From Macrostomum hystrix (taxonomy: Eukaryota > Animalia > Platyhelminthes), in NCBI GenBank assembly GCA_950097015.1, contig CATNEN010000007.1, positions 4,526,001-4,590,000 of the forward strand: a stretch of 64,000 nt of DNA, in the 5' to 3' direction. The translations under genes and the position numbers were made by a program. The notes beneath the pieces were generated by a model, which was not told where the DNA came from, ran no database searches, and saw nothing but the letters and a program-made list of their open reading frames with translations. Position 1 is the first letter of the stretch, and every line of letters starts with the position of its first letter. Shown here piece after piece: positions 44,955 through 56,660 of the stretch.

Positions 44955-46961
44955 TCACCTCGGCGTGAAGACAATCTTGTGCTCCGCCGGGGCTCGAATC
45001 CCACCGCCGTGCAGGTCGGCGCCATCGCTGAAGTCCGCGAGGCTGCGGCGCTCGCCGGACTCCAGGCTGAAGCGGTAGCGCTGCATGAGGCGCGTGAAGA
45101 AGACGAACAGCTCCATGCGGGCGAGGCTCTCGCCCAGGCAGGCTCGCTTGCCGGAGCCGAAGGGTACAACAGACTCGTGCGGGGTGAAGTGTCCGTCGGC
45201 GTTCAAGAACCTCTCCGGCAGGAATTTTTCCGGCTCCGGGAACGTCGCCGGATCGCGGTGGATGGCGTATATGTTGGGCAACACGATGGAGTCGGCGGGG
45301 ATTCGGTAGCCGCAGATCAGCGAGTCCTGCAGGCAGCGGTGGGCCACGCCAAGCGGCACGAGGGTGGCCAGTCGCTGGGTCTCTTCCAGCACAGCCAGCG
45401 TGTAGTGCATGCTGGCCTTGTCCTTCATAGTTGCCAAGCGCTCGGTGCCAACATTCAAGCGAATCTCTTCGTAAACTTTCTCGGCCGCGCCGGGGTTGGC
45501 GATCATGTACAGGATGGCCCAGCGCAGCGTGTTCGACGTGGTGTCGGTGCCGGCCACAAACAGGTCGCGAATAGCCAGAGCCAAGCGGAGGTCGTTGAAT
45601 ACGGAGTCGCCGCCTGTGTAGGGCGATAATTTCACAATGGGACTACATACAGTTACTTAGATACTGTTGTTAGTACATTAACATCCTGACCTCACTCAAG
45701 AATACCGACCCGAGGGAGATGTGCATGGCCCACACCGGCCATGGAGACTTTTCCAGAGACAAATCTCGTTTCAAACAGGTCGCCCTTCCACTTGTCGTTT
45801 TTTGGAATCGGGGAGGGAACCTCGGAGCATTACGTCGTCTGCTGCCCTAACCTCAATAAGGAGCGCCACCCCCCTAGTGGATAGACGAGCTGACTACCCC
45901 GGACAACATGCGTGACCTTTGCGCTTTCGTCCGAGATACCGACTGGATGACAATCGCCGAAGCTTCCCCCCCAATGGCTGAGCGTCTAATCCTTGGGGTT
46001 TTTTCTTGGGGTTGCGATAGGGGCCTCGGGGCCGAATCGCGGCGCCTGTGCCCCCCCCGCCAGTAGTAAGTAAGTAGCACATTCATGGCTTCAGTGAGAA
46101 CAGCTCACTCTGGCTAGCCTGGTGCTGCAGGTGGGCTTCGATGTAGTCGCGGGGCTCCGACTGCAGATCCGCATCGCGCTTGTGCTTGGTGACCTGCTCC
46201 TTGCAGAACTCCAACAGCTGCCGGCTGAGCGTGATTACCCTACGCCTGTCCGGCCGCAGGGTGCTGAGCCTGGCGAGCAGGGCGAACCGGCCGATGTAGC
46301 GGTGATTGGCGCCCATCAGAATGAGCATGTGCCGCGCCTCATGGGTCTGGGTGAGCGTCTGGAACATCTCCAGCAGCTTGGGGAACCTCGGATCCTCGCT
46401 GGCCACCCGGGAGCCGAACACCAGCTGGCAGATGACGTTGCTCACGGCGGGGCTGAGCAGGGCGGTGGTGTCCAGCGCCTGGCCGGGGCCGGCCGAGTCA
46501 ATGGCATCGCAGAGCTCATTGGCCTCCTGCAGGATGATCTCCTCGCCGCCCTGCCGGCCGAAGCCGAAGTCGCGCAGAGTCTTCAGCGAGAAGCGCCGGT
46601 ACTCGCGCCACAGCTCACCCTCGGTAGAAACGATGCCACCGTCGCTGCCCAGGGCGATTCTCTGCAGCACCCGGACAGGCCGGCCAATGAAATTCTGGCC
46701 CTGCTTCACCATTGCCTCATTGAAGGCCTCGAAGTTGTTGAGCACGAAGACTTTCTCCAGGCCGTAGAACAGAGCCACAACGGGCGACTTAGGGAACGAG
46801 GAGAACAGCTGGGACGCCAGGTTGGACTTCATGAACGGCAGGCTACCCACCAGTGGCAGCCAGCCAGGACTTGGCGGGTCGCCCGACTTTGGCGCCTTGT
46901 TGACACACAAGAAGTACAGAAGCAGCACAGCGGCTGCTATCAGGCCGACAGTCAGCAGCAT
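44955..46961 (-). CDS. Cytochrome P450, clan 2-like; exons 46961-46109 and 45613-44955; 503 aa
   Basis: N-terminal membrane anchor and Pro-rich hinge (PPSPGWLPLVG), WREYRRF, AGTDTT, EETQR, PERF, heme motif FGSGKRACLG; a single phase-1 GT-AG intron keeps the frame. Confidence 0.95.
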
Positions 46962-47939
46962 GGGGATTAGCGATGGGGGAAGCTAACACTTGCAGACAGC
47001 CTTGAACGCGAGGACCTCAGAGCTGCGCTTCGTTGACCGCCAGCCACTGCTTTTATTAGCGATCGGGCGGGTGGGACCAAAGGTCGCTGGAAAATCATTC
47101 GCTGCCAGTTTGGGGTGAGCTGGTTGGCCTACTTTAGCTCGAACGAGCAATTTAGTATCAAGTGAAGGCTCTCGCTTATCTTCAATGCCAGTCTTTGAGT
47201 AATGCGAGGCTGAACTCTAGTGTTTGCAGGTATTTCATTTGTAGAGTACTGCGATCAGGCTACCAAACAAATTCTTTAGTGGCTGAGTCACTTCGTACGC
47301 CCACAAACACAGCGTAGTCAGTTTCATTCAAATGAAATTTCAACTAGTAGCCGAATAACCTTCAAATATAGCTTCGCTGCATGTATTTTTTACTTTTCAA
47401 TTGGTTTGAGTTTATATGGAAAAAATGAATCACATTTTGACAGAAAACGCCTTTTCATCCGACAGTTCGACGCATGATCTTCTCTCGTAGTTCTGAAATA
47501 CGTTGCAGCCTGGTGGACCTAAGATTGAGGTACGCTCGAAGATTTGCGAGCCGATCGAGGTCGATTGATCCGATGACCATGTTTTTGAAATCTTAACAGT
47601 AGAACACGCTTCAGACTGGGGAAAGACCACGGGGCTATTTCAAATGCCCACTGCCTACTTCACGACAGCTCCCAAACCGAATGACCGATTTTCGTGATAG
47701 ACCACCATATGGATCAAACTTTTCCGTCTTTATCCGTCTTCCGTGCACTGCAGTTTCAAAGCCCACAGTCAAATGATCTGTTCGGATAGGGAGGAGATAG
47801 AGAGAAGGCTCGGGGGCTTGTTGCACAATTCACGCATTTACAAAGGCTAACCGCCTTCAGCACACATCCCTGTGTGCGTGTGTGCTCAGGGTCAGCAGAA
47901 CAGGCAAACCTGCGACTGTGGCTAAATTATTATTTAGAT

Positions 47940-48668
47940 CAGGGGTCGGCAAACTCCGGCGCGCGGGCCAGATGCGGCCCTCAAAGCTCCCAAATCCGGC
48001 CAGTTGCCCCTTCTGACACCTATTGTATACAGTTTCATCTTTCCCCTGCCTTATCTCTCCCGTGTGTCGCCTTTCCCCCTGTCTCATCTCTCCATTGTCT
48101 CGTCTCTCCATTGTCTCATCTCTTCCGTGTCTTATCTCTCCCGTGTCTTATCTCTCCATTGTCTCATCTCTTCCGTGTCTTATCTCTCCATTGTCTCGTC
48201 TCTCTCGTGTCTCATCTCTTCCGTGTCTTATCTCTCCATTGTCTCGTCTATCCCGTGTCTTATCTCTCCATTGTCTCGTCTCTCTCGTGTCTTATCTCTC
48301 CATTGTCTCGTCTCTCCCGTGTCTTGTCTCTCCTTTGTCTCACCTCTCCTGTGTCTTATCTCTCCCGTGTCATCTCTCCCATGTCTCGTCTCTCCCGTAT
48401 CTCATCTATCCAGTGTCTCATCTATCCAGTGTCTCATCTATCCAGTGTCTCATCTATCCAGTGTCTCATCTCGCCATTGTCTCATCTATCCAGTGTCTCA
48501 TCTCGCCATTGTCTCGTCTCTCTCGTGTCTCATCTCTTCTCTCTCTCTCATCTCTCCCCTATCTCTGATATATTTCTCTTAGATTTCTACAGTCTGCGCG
48601 GCCCGCTGTCGTCTTTTAGGTTCTCTTTTTGGCCCGCTAGCTAATAAGTTTGCCGACCTTTGCACCTG
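47940..48668. mobile_element. hAT/Charlie-like MITE with an internal minisatellite expansion
   Basis: Left end CAGGGGTCGGCAAACT..GCGGGCCAGATGCGGCCC; right end AAGTTTGCCGACCTTTGCACCTG; 8 bp direct repeat ATTTAGAT at 47932-47939 and 48669-48676. Confidence 0.75.
48045..48565. repeat. Degenerate pyrimidine-rich minisatellite (TCTCTCCATTGTCTCG-like) inside the MITE
   Basis: Direct reading; explains ORFs between 47874 and 48644. Confidence 0.88.
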
Positions 48669-48928
48669 ATTTAGATGCTCAGAATGGCACAAATTTAAAG
48701 TTAGTTCGTAATGATTCAACCCCTGTTATCACTAAAGAATATGAGGGCGTTATGTAGACCTTACGATGGTGAAAAAAGTATGCATTCGAGAAAAACAACT
48801 CAGACTAGAAATTAAATCCAGGCTGCTCAATGACCGAGCTCTCGTCGGATAGCATTAGCTAGACATTCTCGTTCTATTTTAGATCAACCAAAACCAGCAG
48901 ACAGTCCCACACAGCACAGCGAAACCAG

Positions 48929-49246
48929 TTAGAACTGGATCATCTGGCCCTTCTTCTTCTTGTCGCCGCCAAGCTCGAAGTGCTTGCACCGCTTGATGGC
49001 CAGCTGCTTCCTGTGCTTGCACTCTGAGCACTCCATGCGCAGCACAATCTTCTTGGTGGTCTTGGCCTTCTTGCGAAAGATCGGCTTGGTCTGGCCGCCG
49101 TAGCCCCTCTGCTTGGCGTCGTAGCGCCGCTTGCCCTGCGCGTAGAGTGAGGCCTTGCCGGCCTTGTACTGCGTCACCTTGTGCAGGGTGTGCTTCTTGC
49201 AGGTGAACTTGCAGAAGGTTCGCCTAGTCTTGGGCACGTTCACCAT
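48929..49246 (-). CDS. RPL36A: 60S ribosomal protein eL42 (L36a/L44), intronless CDS, 105 aa
   Basis: [76 protein letters not shown]. Confidence 0.98.
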   Translation of the reverse strand: MVNVPKTRRTFCKFTCKKHTLHKVTQYKAGKASLYAQGKRRYDAKQRGYGGQTKPIFRKKAKTTKKIVLRMECSECKHRKQLAIKRCKHFELGGDKKKKGQMIQF

Positions 49247-49324
49247 TTTGCTGGCGGCTGGAAGGTTTCAGGGTGACAATATTGCTGTGGACAGGGACAC
49301 TTCACTGCAAATTCTCTCTCCGTT

Positions 49325-50646
49325 CTCTCACTGCTACTTTTACTACCTGTTATTTTCACTCCCTACCTGTTCTGTTCACTCCCTACCTGTTATTTTCACT
49401 CCCTACCTGTTATTTTCACTCCCTACCTGTTCTGTTCACTCCCTACTTGTTCCCTTGACTCCCTACCTGTTCCCTTCACTCCCTACTTGTTCCCTTCACT
49501 CCCCACCTGTTCCCTTCACTCCCCACCTGTTCCCTTCACTCCCTACTTGTTCCTTTCACTCCTACCTGTCCCCTTCACTCCCTACTTGTTCCTTTCACTC
49601 CTACCTGTTCCCTTCACTCCCTACTTGTTCCCTTCACTCCCTACTTGTTCCCTTGACTCCCTACCTGTTCCCTTCACTCCCTACCTGTTCCCTTCACTCC
49701 CTACCTGTTCCCTTCACTCCCTACTTGTTCCCTTCACTCCCTACTTGTTCCGATCACTCCCTACTTGTTCCCTTCACTCCCCACCTGTTCCCTTCACTCC
49801 CCACCTGTTCCCTTCACTCCCCACCTGTTCCCTTCACTCCCTACTTGTTCCTTTCACTTCTACCTGTCCCCTTCACTCCCTACTTGTTCCTTTCACTCCT
49901 ACCTGTTCCCTTCACTCCCCACCTGTTCCCTTCACTCCCCACCTGTTCCCTTCACTCCCTACTTGTTCCTTTCACTCCTACCTGTCCCCTTCACTCCCTA
50001 CTTGTTCCTTTCACTCCTACCTGTTCCCTTCACTCCCTACTTGTTCCCTTCACTCCCTACTTGTTCCCTTCACTCCCTACTTGTTCCCTTCACTCCCTAC
50101 TTGTTCCCTTGACTCCCCACCTGTTCCCTTCACTCCCTACTTGTTCCCTTCACTCCCTACTTGTTCCCTTCACTCCCCACCTGTTCCCTTCACTCCCTAC
50201 TTGTTCCCTTCACTCCCCACCTGTTCCCTTCACTCCCTACTTGTTCCCTTCACTCCCTACTTGTTCCCTTCACTCCCTACTTGTTCCCTTCACTCCCTAC
50301 TTGTTCCCTTCACTCCCTACTTGTTCCCTTCACTCCCTACTTGTTCCCTTCACTCCCCACCTGTTCCCTTCACTCCCTACTTGTTCCCTTCACTCCCTAC
50401 TTGTTCCCTTCACTCCCTACTTGTTCCCTTCACTCCCTACCTGTTCCCTTCACTCCCTACCTGTTCCCTTCACTCCCTACCTGTTCCCTTCACTCCCTAC
50501 TTGTTCCCTTCACTCCCTACTTGTTCCCTTCACTCCCTACTTGTTCCCTTCACTCCCTACTTGTTCCCTTCACTCCCTACTTGTTCCCTTCACTCCCTAC
50601 TTGTTCCCTTCACTCCCCACCTGTTCCCTTCACTCCCTACTTGTTC
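49325..50646. repeat. Minisatellite, 20 bp unit (CCCTACTTGTTCCCTTCACT), upstream of RPL36A
   Basis: About 65 copies; explains ORFs between 49155 and 50667. It may lie in a 5'UTR intron (AAAG|GTAAGT donor at 50787/50786, acceptor at 49258). Confidence 0.96.
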
Positions 50647-51297
50647 CTTATTAGTTTCTTAATTTGAGTTAAGTTCCATAAATGCTCCTTTTAACGAAAC
50701 AAAAATGTGAGTTTTGGTAAACAAACTCTCAAGTTTTCCTACTTTAAAAGGAAAAAAAATAGCAGCTTTCTTAAATTAATACTTACCTTTTAATAAAGGG
50801 CGATATATAAATTAGAAATAAGAAAGTCTTACTTGCTTAAAAAATCTCAGTCAAGCAGTAGCAGTAACTATAGTTAGATTAGACTGTAAAATCTGCTTAG
50901 ATTACAGTTAAAGCCTGGATACCAAAGAATAATAATACAAAGGATAAATCGCACTGTAAACAGACTAGACTAATAACAGTAGGCTTGCAGGATAAAGCGG
51001 AAACATTTTAGAAAAAGCATTGCAGGTGTATACTACTTAAGAAAACTTGTGTCAAATTAGAATGAACGTACAGTAAAGCGGAAAATCGCTTTAAAACATT
51101 TGAAAGGATAGGAGGGTGAGCCGAATCAGAAAACAGGACTAGGTTAAAACTATGATGAATAAGAGATTCTAATTACTGACTGATAGAGAAATAACTGAAG
51201 TAACGAGAGTTCTAAAAACGTCAGGCTTTTTGTCTACTACAAAATACTTTCAACTACACATATGTACAAGCTTATGTAGCCCTAAAGAAAATTGCTG

Positions 51298-52980
51298 TTC
51301 AGCCCTATTTCTCTAGTTGCAGCCCTATTTCTCTAGTAGCAGCCCTATTTCTCTAGTTGCAGCCCTATTTCTCTAGTTGCAGCCCTATTTCTCTAGTAGC
51401 AGCCCTATTTCTCTAGTAGCAGCCCTATTTCTCTAGCAGCAGCCCTATTTCTCTAGTAGCAGCCCTATTTCTCTAGTAGCAGCCCTATTTCTCTAGTAGC
51501 AGCCCTATTTCTCTAGTAGCAGCCCTATTTCTCTAGTTGCAGCCCTATTTCTCTAGTAGCAGCCCTATTTCTCTAGTTGCAGCCCTATTTCTCTAGTAGC
51601 AGCCCTATTTCTCTAGTTGCAGCCCTATTTCTCTAGTTGCAGCCCTATTTCTCTAGTTGCAGCCCTATTTCTCTAGTAGCAGCCCTATTTCTCTAGTTGC
51701 AGCCCTATTTCTCTAGTAGCAGCCCTATTTCTCTAGTTGCAGCCCTATTTCTCTAGTAACAGCCCTATTTCTCTAGTAGCAGCCCTATTTCTCTAGTAAC
51801 AGCCCTATTTCTCTAGTAGCAGCCCTATTTCTCTAGTAGCAGCCCTATTTCTCTAGTTGCAGCCCTATTTCTCTAGTAGCAGCCCTATTTCTCTAGTTGC
51901 AGCCCTATTTCTCTAGTAACAGCCCTATTTCTCTAGTAGCAGCCCTATTTCTCTAGTAACAGCCCTATTTCTCTAGTAGCAGCCCTATTTCTCTAGTAGC
52001 AGCCCTATTTCTCTAGTTGCAGCCCTATTTCTCTAGTAGCAGCCCTATTTCTCTAGTAGCAGCCCTATTTCTCTAGTTGCAGCCCTATTTCTCTAGTTGC
52101 AGCCCTATTTCTCTAGTAGCAGCCCTATTTCTCTAGTAGCAGCCCTATTTCTCTAGTAGCAGCCCTATTTCTCTAGTAGCAGCCCTATTTCTCTAGTTGC
52201 AGCCCTATTTCTCTAGTAGCAGCCCTATTTCTCTAGTAGCAGCCCTATTTCTCTAGTAGCAGCCCTATTTCTCTAGTAGCAGCCCTATTTCTCTAGTTGC
52301 AGCCCTATTTCTCTAGTAGCAGCCCTATTTCTCTAGTAGCAGCCCTATTTCTCTAGTTGCAGCCCTATTTCTCTAGTTGCAGCCCTATTTCTCTAGTAGC
52401 AGCCCTATTTCTCTAGTTGCAGCCCTATTTCTCTAGTTGCAGCCCTATTTCTCTAGTTGCAGCCCTATTTCTCTAGTAGCAGCCCTATTTCTCTAGTTGC
52501 AGCCCTATTTCTCTAGTAGCAGCCCTATTTCTCTAGTTGCAGCCCTATTTCTCTAGTAACAGCCCTATTTCTCTAGTAGCAGCCCTATTTCTCTAGTAAC
52601 AGCCCTATTTCTCTAGTAGCAGCCCTATTTCTCTAGTAGCAGCCCTATTTCTCTAGTTGCAGCCCTATTTCTCTAGTAGCAGCCCTATTTCTCTAGTTGC
52701 AGCCCTATTTCTCTAGTAACAGCCCTATTTCTCTAGTAGCAGCCCTATTTCTCTAGTAACAGCCCTATTTCTCTAGTAGCAGCCCTATTTCTCTAGTAGC
52801 AGCCCTATTTCTCTAGTTGCAGCCCTATTTCTCTAGTAGCAGCCCTATTTCTCTAGTAGCAGCCCTATTTCTCTAGTTGCAGCCCTATTTCTCTAGTTGC
52901 AGCCCTATTTCTCTAGTAGCAGCCCTATTTCTCTAGTTGCAGCCCTATTTCTCTAGTTGCAGCCTGATCTCTCTAGTTGC
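51298..52980. repeat. Minisatellite, 20 bp unit (CAGCCCTATTTCTCTAGTAG/TTG) with ~800 bp higher-order duplication
   Basis: About 84 copies; the TAAC variant pattern at 51757-51960 recurs at 52557-52760. Confidence 0.97.
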
Positions 52981-53109
52981 GATGAGTTGTAATAGTAAAA
53001 TAGATATATTGCAATGCATGTCAAAGATTACAAGCGTTTACGACAAAAAGGTCAACAAAGAGAAAACGAAAAAACGGATGTTAAACTTGTGAATTTGTGC
53101 TTTGCAACC

Positions 53110-54597
53110 TCAGTGGGCCAGCAGCAGGGCGGGGTCCGGACCCCTGGCCAGGCTGGGATCCGGGCCATTGCGCGCCAGCCGGTCCGGCCCAACCCGCAGC
53201 TCCGGGTCCGGTCCGACCCGCATGGCTGGGTCCGGGCCAACGCGGTTGCCATGGCAACTCCCAGCGCTAGCGCCAGCGGAAATCGGCTTTTTCTTTTTGT
53301 TCTTTGGGGCTGGCTCAGAGGAGCCGGCGGGAGCGGCTGTTGCTGCAGCGGCTGCTCTGGCTGCCTCGGCGAGGACGGTGCGGACTTTTACAGCGTCGCC
53401 GGCGTGCTTACGCAGCAGCTCAGTGACTCCGCTAACGCTGGCAACGCCGGGGAACTCCGCCATCATCTGGTCGACGAGGGCCTCGCGGCGCGTCTCTGCG
53501 TCAGCTTCGACGGCCTGGCGGGCGTTCCGCTGCCGATCCTCGGCGTCTTTGGCCTGCGCCGCGGCCGCGGCGGCTGTGGAGGCCTTCGATGCGCCGGAGC
53601 CTTCGCCACCGCCGCTGGATGTCACAGCAGACATCGCAGCGGCGGAAGCGGCCGCAGCCGAAGCACCGGAGACCAGCTTCTTCAGCTCCTGCCTGGCCTC
53701 GTACATCTTCGACTGGCAGGCCAGCAGAGTGCGCTTAATCTGGGCCTTGCTGAGGCCGGGGAACGCCTCGTGCAGGCAGTCCACCTTGGTGGCCAGATCC
53801 TTTTCTTCGTTGTTGCCCTCGGCAGGCTGATACTTCTGATGCTGGGTGGCCCGCGGCGGGGGGTGACTCGACGAAGACGACGAAGAAGCCGCAGCAGCAG
53901 CAGCAGCCGCAGCAGCAGCAGCAGCCGCAGGACGCGAGCTCGAGCCGCCACCGGAGGCGCCGTATCCCATGCTGTGTAGCTGGGCCTTGACTTTGTGAAC
54001 TGAGGCACCTGGCTGGCCTAGCAAATCCTTGATTACATCCAGACTGCAGGTGGGAAATTCAAATTGCAGATTCTTTGCCTTCACCAACAGTTGGGTTTCG
54101 ACTTTCTTAGCCTCCTCGGCGGCTTTGGCATCGTTGAGCCATTTAGTGGCCGCGTCTACACTGTTGTGACAGGCAGCCAAGGCCTGGCGCAGCTTCTCGA
54201 CGTCATCGTTGGCAAAGCGCAGCTGCAGGCGAGTCAGTTCGTAGTCGTCGGAGGTCACCTCGGCTGTGAAGCTGTGCCGACCTTCGCTGCTGGCGCTCTG
54301 ACGGCGACTGTGCTGCTGCTGATGGTGCTGTTGCTGCTGCTGTTGGTGCTGCTGCTGCTGGGAGGGCCTAGGCGACACAGGCCTCGGTGACAGTCGAGCG
54401 CCAGATGCTCCCGGAGCAGATCCAGTCGCGGCGACATTGGCTGCAGCGGTACCCGCGGCGTAGTACTTCTGCCTGGGATCGTCCCAGCTGGTGACCTTGT
54501 TAGTGTGGTCAATGTAAAAATGTCGCTTGTTGGTGAAATCGTATTTCATTTCCCAGCCAGGCGGCATGGGATACTGGGCGTACCAGGGCTGCGACAT
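53110..54597 (-). CDS. Uncharacterised protein: WW domain, poly-Q/A/S linkers, ~4 CUE/UBA-like helical repeats, C-terminal GPDP repeats; 495 aa, single coding exon
   Basis: MPPGWEMKYDFTNKRHFYIDHTNKVTSWDDP is a canonical WW domain. Repeats with (L)xxxFP followed by a helical hairpin resemble CUE domains. ATG 54597 lies 7 nt after a pyrimidine-rich TAG acceptor. Confidence 0.85.
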   Translation of the reverse strand: MSQPWYAQYPMPPGWEMKYDFTNKRHFYIDHTNKVTSWDDPRQKYYAAGTAAANVAATGSAPGASGARLSPRPVSPRPSQQQQHQQQQQQHHQQQHSRRQSASSEGRHSFTAEVTSDDYELTRLQLRFANDDVEKLRQALAACHNSVDAATKWLNDAKAAEEAKKVETQLLVKAKNLQFEFPTCSLDVIKDLLGQPGASVHKVKAQLHSMGYGASGGGSSSRPAAAAAAAAAAAAAASSSSSSSHPPPRATQHQKYQPAEGNNEEKDLATKVDCLHEAFPGLSKAQIKRTLLACQSKMYEARQELKKLVSGASAAAASAAAMSAVTSSGGGEGSGASKASTAAAAAAQAKDAEDRQRNARQAVEADAETRREALVDQMMAEFPGVASVSGVTELLRKHAGDAVKVRTVLAEAARAAAAATAAPAGSSEPAPKNKKKKPISAGASAGSCHGNRVGPDPAMRVGPDPELRVGPDRLARNGPDPSLARGPDPALLLAH

Positions 54598-54707
54598 TGT
54601 CGTGCTACAGAGGCTGCAAATAGGAGATACGGGCGTATGAGCAGCAATGAGGGTTTTACTGGCAAAAAAGACACTACTGGTCCTAAACACCTTGATAATG
54701 TCCTAAA

Positions 54708-56480
54708 CACATTGATACTGTCAATCCTGACCCCAAACACATTGATACTGTCAATCCTGACCCCAAACACATTGATACTGTCAATCCTGATCCCAAACAC
54801 ATTGATACTGTCAATCCTGATCCCAAACCCATTGATACTGTCAATCCTGACCCCAAACACATTGATACTGTCAATCCTAATCCCAAATACATTGATACTG
54901 TCAATCCTGATCCCAAACACATTGATACTGTCAATCCTGATCCCAAACACATTTGATACTGTCAATCCTGATCCCAAACACATTGATACTGTCAATCCTG
55001 ATCCCAAATACATTGAAACTGTCAATCCTGATCCCAAATACATTGAAACTGTCAATCCTGATCCCAAACACATTGATACTGTCAATCCTGATCCCAAACA
55101 CATTGATACTGTCAATCCTGATCCCAAACACATTGATACTGTCAATCCTGATCCCAAACACATTGATACAGTCAACCCTGATCCCAAATACATTGAAACT
55201 GTCAATCCTGATCCCAAACACATTGATACTGTCAATCCTGATCCCAAACACATTGATACTGTCAATCCTGATCCCAAACACATTGATACTGTCAATCCTG
55301 ATCCCAAACACATTGATACAGTCAACCCTGATCCCAAATACATTGAAACTGTCAATCCTGATCCCAAACACATTGATACTGTCAATCCTGATCCCAAATA
55401 CATTGATACTGTCAATCCTGATCCCAAACACATTGATACAGTCAACCCTGATCCCAAATACATTGAAACTGTCAATCCTGATCCCAAACACATTGATACT
55501 GTCAATCCTGATCCCAAATACATTGAAACTGTCAATCCTGATCCCAAACCCATTGATACTGTCAATCCTGATCCCAAACACATTGATACTGTCAATCCTG
55601 ATCCCAAACACATTGATACTGTCAATCCTGATCCCAAACACATTGATACTGTCAATCCTGATCCCAAACACATTGATACAGTCAACCCTGATCCCAAATA
55701 CATTGAAACTGTCAATCCTGATCCCAAATACATTGATACTGTCAATCCTGATCCCAAACACATTGATACAGTCAACCCTGATCCCAAATACATTGAAACT
55801 GTCAATCCTGATCCCAAACACATTGATACTGTCAATCCTGATCCCAAATACATTGAAACTGTCAATCCTGATCCCAAACCCATTGATACTGTCAATCCTG
55901 ATCCCAAACACATTGATACTGTCAATCCTGATCCCAAACACATTGATACTGTCAATCCTGATCCCAAACACATTGATACTGTCAATCCTGATCCCAAACA
56001 CATTGATACAGTCAACCCTGATCCCAAATACATTGAAACTGTCAATCCTGATCCCAAACACATTGATACTGTCAATCCTGATCCCAAATACATTGATACT
56101 GTCAATCCTGATCCCAAACACATTGATACAGTCAACCCTGATCCCAAATACATTGAAACTGTCAATCCTGATCCCAAACACATTGATACTGTCAATCCTG
56201 ATCCCAAATACATTGAAACTGTCAATCCTGATCCCAAACCCATTGATACTGTCAATCCTGATCCCAAACACATTGATACTGTCAATCCTGATCCCAAATA
56301 CATTGAAACTGTCAATCCTGATCCCAAACCCATTGATACTGTCAATCCTGATCCCAAACACATTGATACTGTCAATCCTGATCCCAAATACATTGAAACT
56401 GTCAATCCTGATTCCAAAGACATTGATACTGTCAATCCTGATCCCAAACACATTGATACTGTCAATCCTGATTCCAAAGA
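54708..56480. repeat. Minisatellite, 30 bp unit (GTCAATCCTGATCCCAAACACATTGATACT)
   Basis: About 59 copies; explains four overlapping ORFs between 54505 and 56674. Confidence 0.97.
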
Positions 56481-56660
56481 CCGAATTCAAAAGAAATAAA
56501 CAGACAAGCATTCCACAACCGCAAGAGCTGCACAGGAACTGGAACAGCAGTACTGTCTTTCTTATAATTTCTTATATTTGCCTTCCATGCTACGCAATGC
56601 TTGACAAATCCCATTCAATTCATTTTAAGCGTCCGCTATCAGGATCAGACGGCGAATCAT

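Noticed and set aside
49155-50667. 499 and 391 aa Pro/Ser/Leu-rich ORFs antisense to RPL36A
   Set aside because: Translations of the 20 bp pyrimidine array.
53245-53258. Perfect X-box palindrome GTTGCCATGGCAAC inside the WW/CUE coding sequence
   Set aside because: Encodes part of SCHGN; a single exonic occurrence is compatible with chance.
54598-54690. N-terminal 31 aa extension of the WW protein in the ORF track
   Set aside because: Starts at a non-ATG codon at the array edge, upstream of a clear acceptor at 54605; ATG 54597 is preferred.
2101-56480. CRISPR arrays
   Set aside because: The repeats are head-to-tail with no unique spacers, there are no cas genes, and the context is eukaryotic.
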